Source: Tolypothrix carrinoi HA7290-LM1
GTDB lineage: Bacteria; Cyanobacteriota; Cyanobacteriia; Cyanobacteriales; Nostocaceae
Reading direction: 5' to 3'
Length of the DNA: 15,652 bases
Assembly (NCBI GenBank): GCA_019358935.1
Contig: JAHHIK010000154.1
Span: 1 to 15,652, forward strand
The stretch's first letter is position 1, and each line of letters begins with the position of its first letter. Positions 15,526-15,652 of this stretch are shown piece by piece. The notes below the pieces were generated by a model. That model had not been told where the DNA came from. It worked only from the letters and a program-made list of their open reading frames with translations, and did not search any database. A program made the position numbers and the translations under genes.

Positions 15526-15652
15526 GGCGTTGCAGAATAGAAATATGAATTAGGGCGATCGCTATGAAATGTCCAAGGTGTGCATCAACTCACATTCGTA
15601 AGAATGGGAAGCAACGAGGTAAACAAAATTACATTTGTGTCAACTGTAAACG
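15526..15652 (+). mobile_element. Left end of an IS1-family element (continues beyond window)
   Basis: Candidate terminal IR GGCGTTGCAGAATAGAAATATGAA (15526-15549) resembles cyanobacterial IS1 ends as I recall them. It follows an AT-rich run and precedes an InsA-like ORF. The partner IR is not visible. Confidence 0.7.
15564..15652 (+). CDS. IS1-family transposase N-terminal zinc ribbon (InsA-like), 3'-truncated by window
   Basis: MKCPRCASTHIRKNGKQRGKQNYICVNCK: CxxC...KNG...GKQxYxCxxC. Confidence 0.88.
   Translation, partial: MKCPRCASTHIRKNGKQRGKQNYICVNCK

Larger units (their letters stand above)
643..15562. repeat. HIP1 octamers GCGATCGC dispersed through the window (at least 20)
   Basis: Seen starting at 643, 1289, 2489, 3358, 3743, 3867, 4784, 5684, 7522, 7696, 8140, 8816, 9104, 9182, 9536, 10943, 10967, 11137, 14618 and 15555 (manual count). 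Confidence 0.93.

Overview
This is AT-rich cyanobacterial DNA: at least 20 HIP1 octamers (GCGATCGC) and intergenic short repeats typical of filamentous Nostocales-like strains. Most of the window (1408-15224, minus strand) is an 11-gene exopolysaccharide cluster: WecB/TagA/CpsF glycosyltransferase, Wzc, hexapeptide O-acetyltransferase, membrane GT2, methyltransferase, two GT4s, Wzy/O-antigen-ligase family protein, methyltransferase, a GT2-Gfo/Idh/MocA fusion and an FkbM methyltransferase. An IS1-family element starts at the right edge. The most unusual part is the left 1.4 kb. A ~147-aa helical protein ending in an N/Q/G/T/Y-rich amyloid-like motif (resembling Bell/BASS) is followed in the same reading frame, across a single TGA, by an NB-ARC/STAND (NLR-like) domain that has no canonical start codon of its own. 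A predicted H-type RNA pseudoknot begins 8 nt after that TGA. This suggests, as an inference, programmed stop-codon readthrough producing both a short effector and an effector-amyloid-NLR fusion. The NLR frame is then cut just before its Walker B motif by the left end of an IS200/IS605 element inserted after TTAT. A 21-bp tandem array and an orphan amidase fragment lie between this module and the EPS cluster. All family assignments come from motif recognition by eye; no searches were run.
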